A DNA stretch of 64,000 bases, from NCBI GenBank assembly GCA_904063045.1, contig CAJFCJ010000005.1:1751988-1815987 (forward strand), read 5' to 3'. The notes beneath the pieces were generated by a model that was not told the DNA's origin, did no database searches, and saw only the letters and a list, made by a program, of their open reading frames with translations. Both the position numbers and the translations under genes were made by a program. This document shows positions 63,116 through 64,000 of the stretch, piece after piece (position 1 is the stretch's first letter; every line of letters begins with the position of its first letter). The stretch comes from Dimorphilus gyrociliatus. Its lineage: Eukaryota; Animalia; Annelida.

Positions 63116-64000
63116 TTATAAAGATTCTTCTGTATCTACTTCTTGATATTCTACTCTTTCTCTAGAGTATTCAATTTTAGATGGATTCTTTGTCCTTCGG
63201 AACCAGACAAGTATACCAACGGAACATATGACCACCAAAACGAAAGTGGAAATAGTTGCAACCATTTTAAGATCTACTGTTTGTAGTATATAAAGAATTT
63301 GTTTGTCTTCCATAGCCTGTAAATTCATAGAGAGGAAAAGAGAATGAGAAAGAATAAAGTATATATTAATCTATTAATCTAATTTCAACTTCTTAAGTAC
63401 AGTATGGAACCTAATTGCAACAATTAAATTATGTCAACATTACTTACAGATGGTTTAGTCATTCCTAATGCTTTGCAATTTGTAGAGGTAAAATTACAAT
63501 ACGTTTTATAGTAACTTTTCTCCTGTTGAAAAAATCCTTTCCATTGCCTAAAACTGCAAAAAAAAGGAGAAAAGGAAAAGGAAATTTACCAACAGCATTC
63601 CGATTAAATAACGTTAGGGGATTCTTTTAATTAACCTTTTTAATAAATCCATACGATGATTACATAGTTTGCAAAGGCAATGTATTTGTGACGTCATCTG
63701 GGTAATATATTTATTATATTTTAACAAGTATTAACGAACAATGAGAACATTATAAAGATATAATACCATAAAGCAATCCTTTTGGCAAGGCTTTTGTAAT
63801 TTTGATGGAAGGCAGGTCCTCTAAAACAAATATGAGAAAAGTTGTTGATTGAAAGTGATTAATAGGATGCTTCATAAATGATTAGGATGAGGGGGAAGGG
63901 TAAAATGTCAAAAAATGACTTACATTAGCACGCGTTCCATCCACCATTGTCACATGCATAATTCTTCTTACTGCTGTTTGGCATTGATTGTTGAAAACTC
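63116..64000 (-). CDS. 3' end of an unknown Cys-rich single-pass membrane protein (gene starts beyond window)
   Basis: Exons 64000-63924, 63820-63767, 63697-63636, 63553-63448 and 63316-63116 join in phase. They give a Cys-rich ectodomain, TM MVATISTFVLVVICSVGILVWF and an acidic tail. Confidence 0.7.

Noticed and set aside
1-64000. CRISPR arrays, prokaryotic defence systems, transposases or retroelements, known conserved miRNAs
   Set aside because: No spaced direct repeats, no transposase/RT/integrase motifs, no clear TIR/LTR pairs, and no mature miRNA sequence that I recognise. The DNA is intron-containing eukaryotic sequence.

Overview
AT-rich, gene-dense DNA from a metazoan with a compact genome. 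Most introns are about 50-80 nt and neighbouring genes are often only 100-600 bp apart. The gene set is invertebrate-like; a miniaturised spiralian/annelid genome is plausible but is inference. By manually splicing the ORF fragments I can support about 17 protein-coding genes and 2 tRNAs. In order: 5' part of FARSB (-), a tandem hillarin/KY-type pseudo-transglutaminase (+), tRNA-Glu(CTC) and tRNA-Arg(TCG), AP1M1, a secreted PGGHG/GH65-like glucosidase, a secreted protein with a stand-alone ITIH C-terminal-like domain, a WSC/C-type-lectin-like type I membrane protein (-), NEDD1 (-), a PLP class I aminotransferase, a KIAA0513/SBF2-domain protein, a GT31 glycosyltransferase (-), two tail-to-tail GRD/8916-type GABA-A-like Cys-loop subunits, an RDH-like SDR (-), a minimal IP3 3-kinase, SMU1 (-), ALG14, POFUT1 (-), an FMRFamide-receptor-like GPCR, an ankyrin-SOCS box protein (-), and the 3' end of an unknown Cys-rich membrane protein (-). 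There are no prokaryotic systems, CRISPR arrays or recognisable transposons. The most unusual signals are at the RNA-processing level: an AT-AC (U12-type) donor in FARSB, a Cys-loop exon split into 37+13+33 nt pieces, a 39-nt GC-AG cassette exon, an alternative terminal exon, a stop-free in-frame intron in SMU1, and a ~150-nt structured element inside a NEDD1 intron. Exon coordinates were derived by hand and need RNA-seq confirmation.
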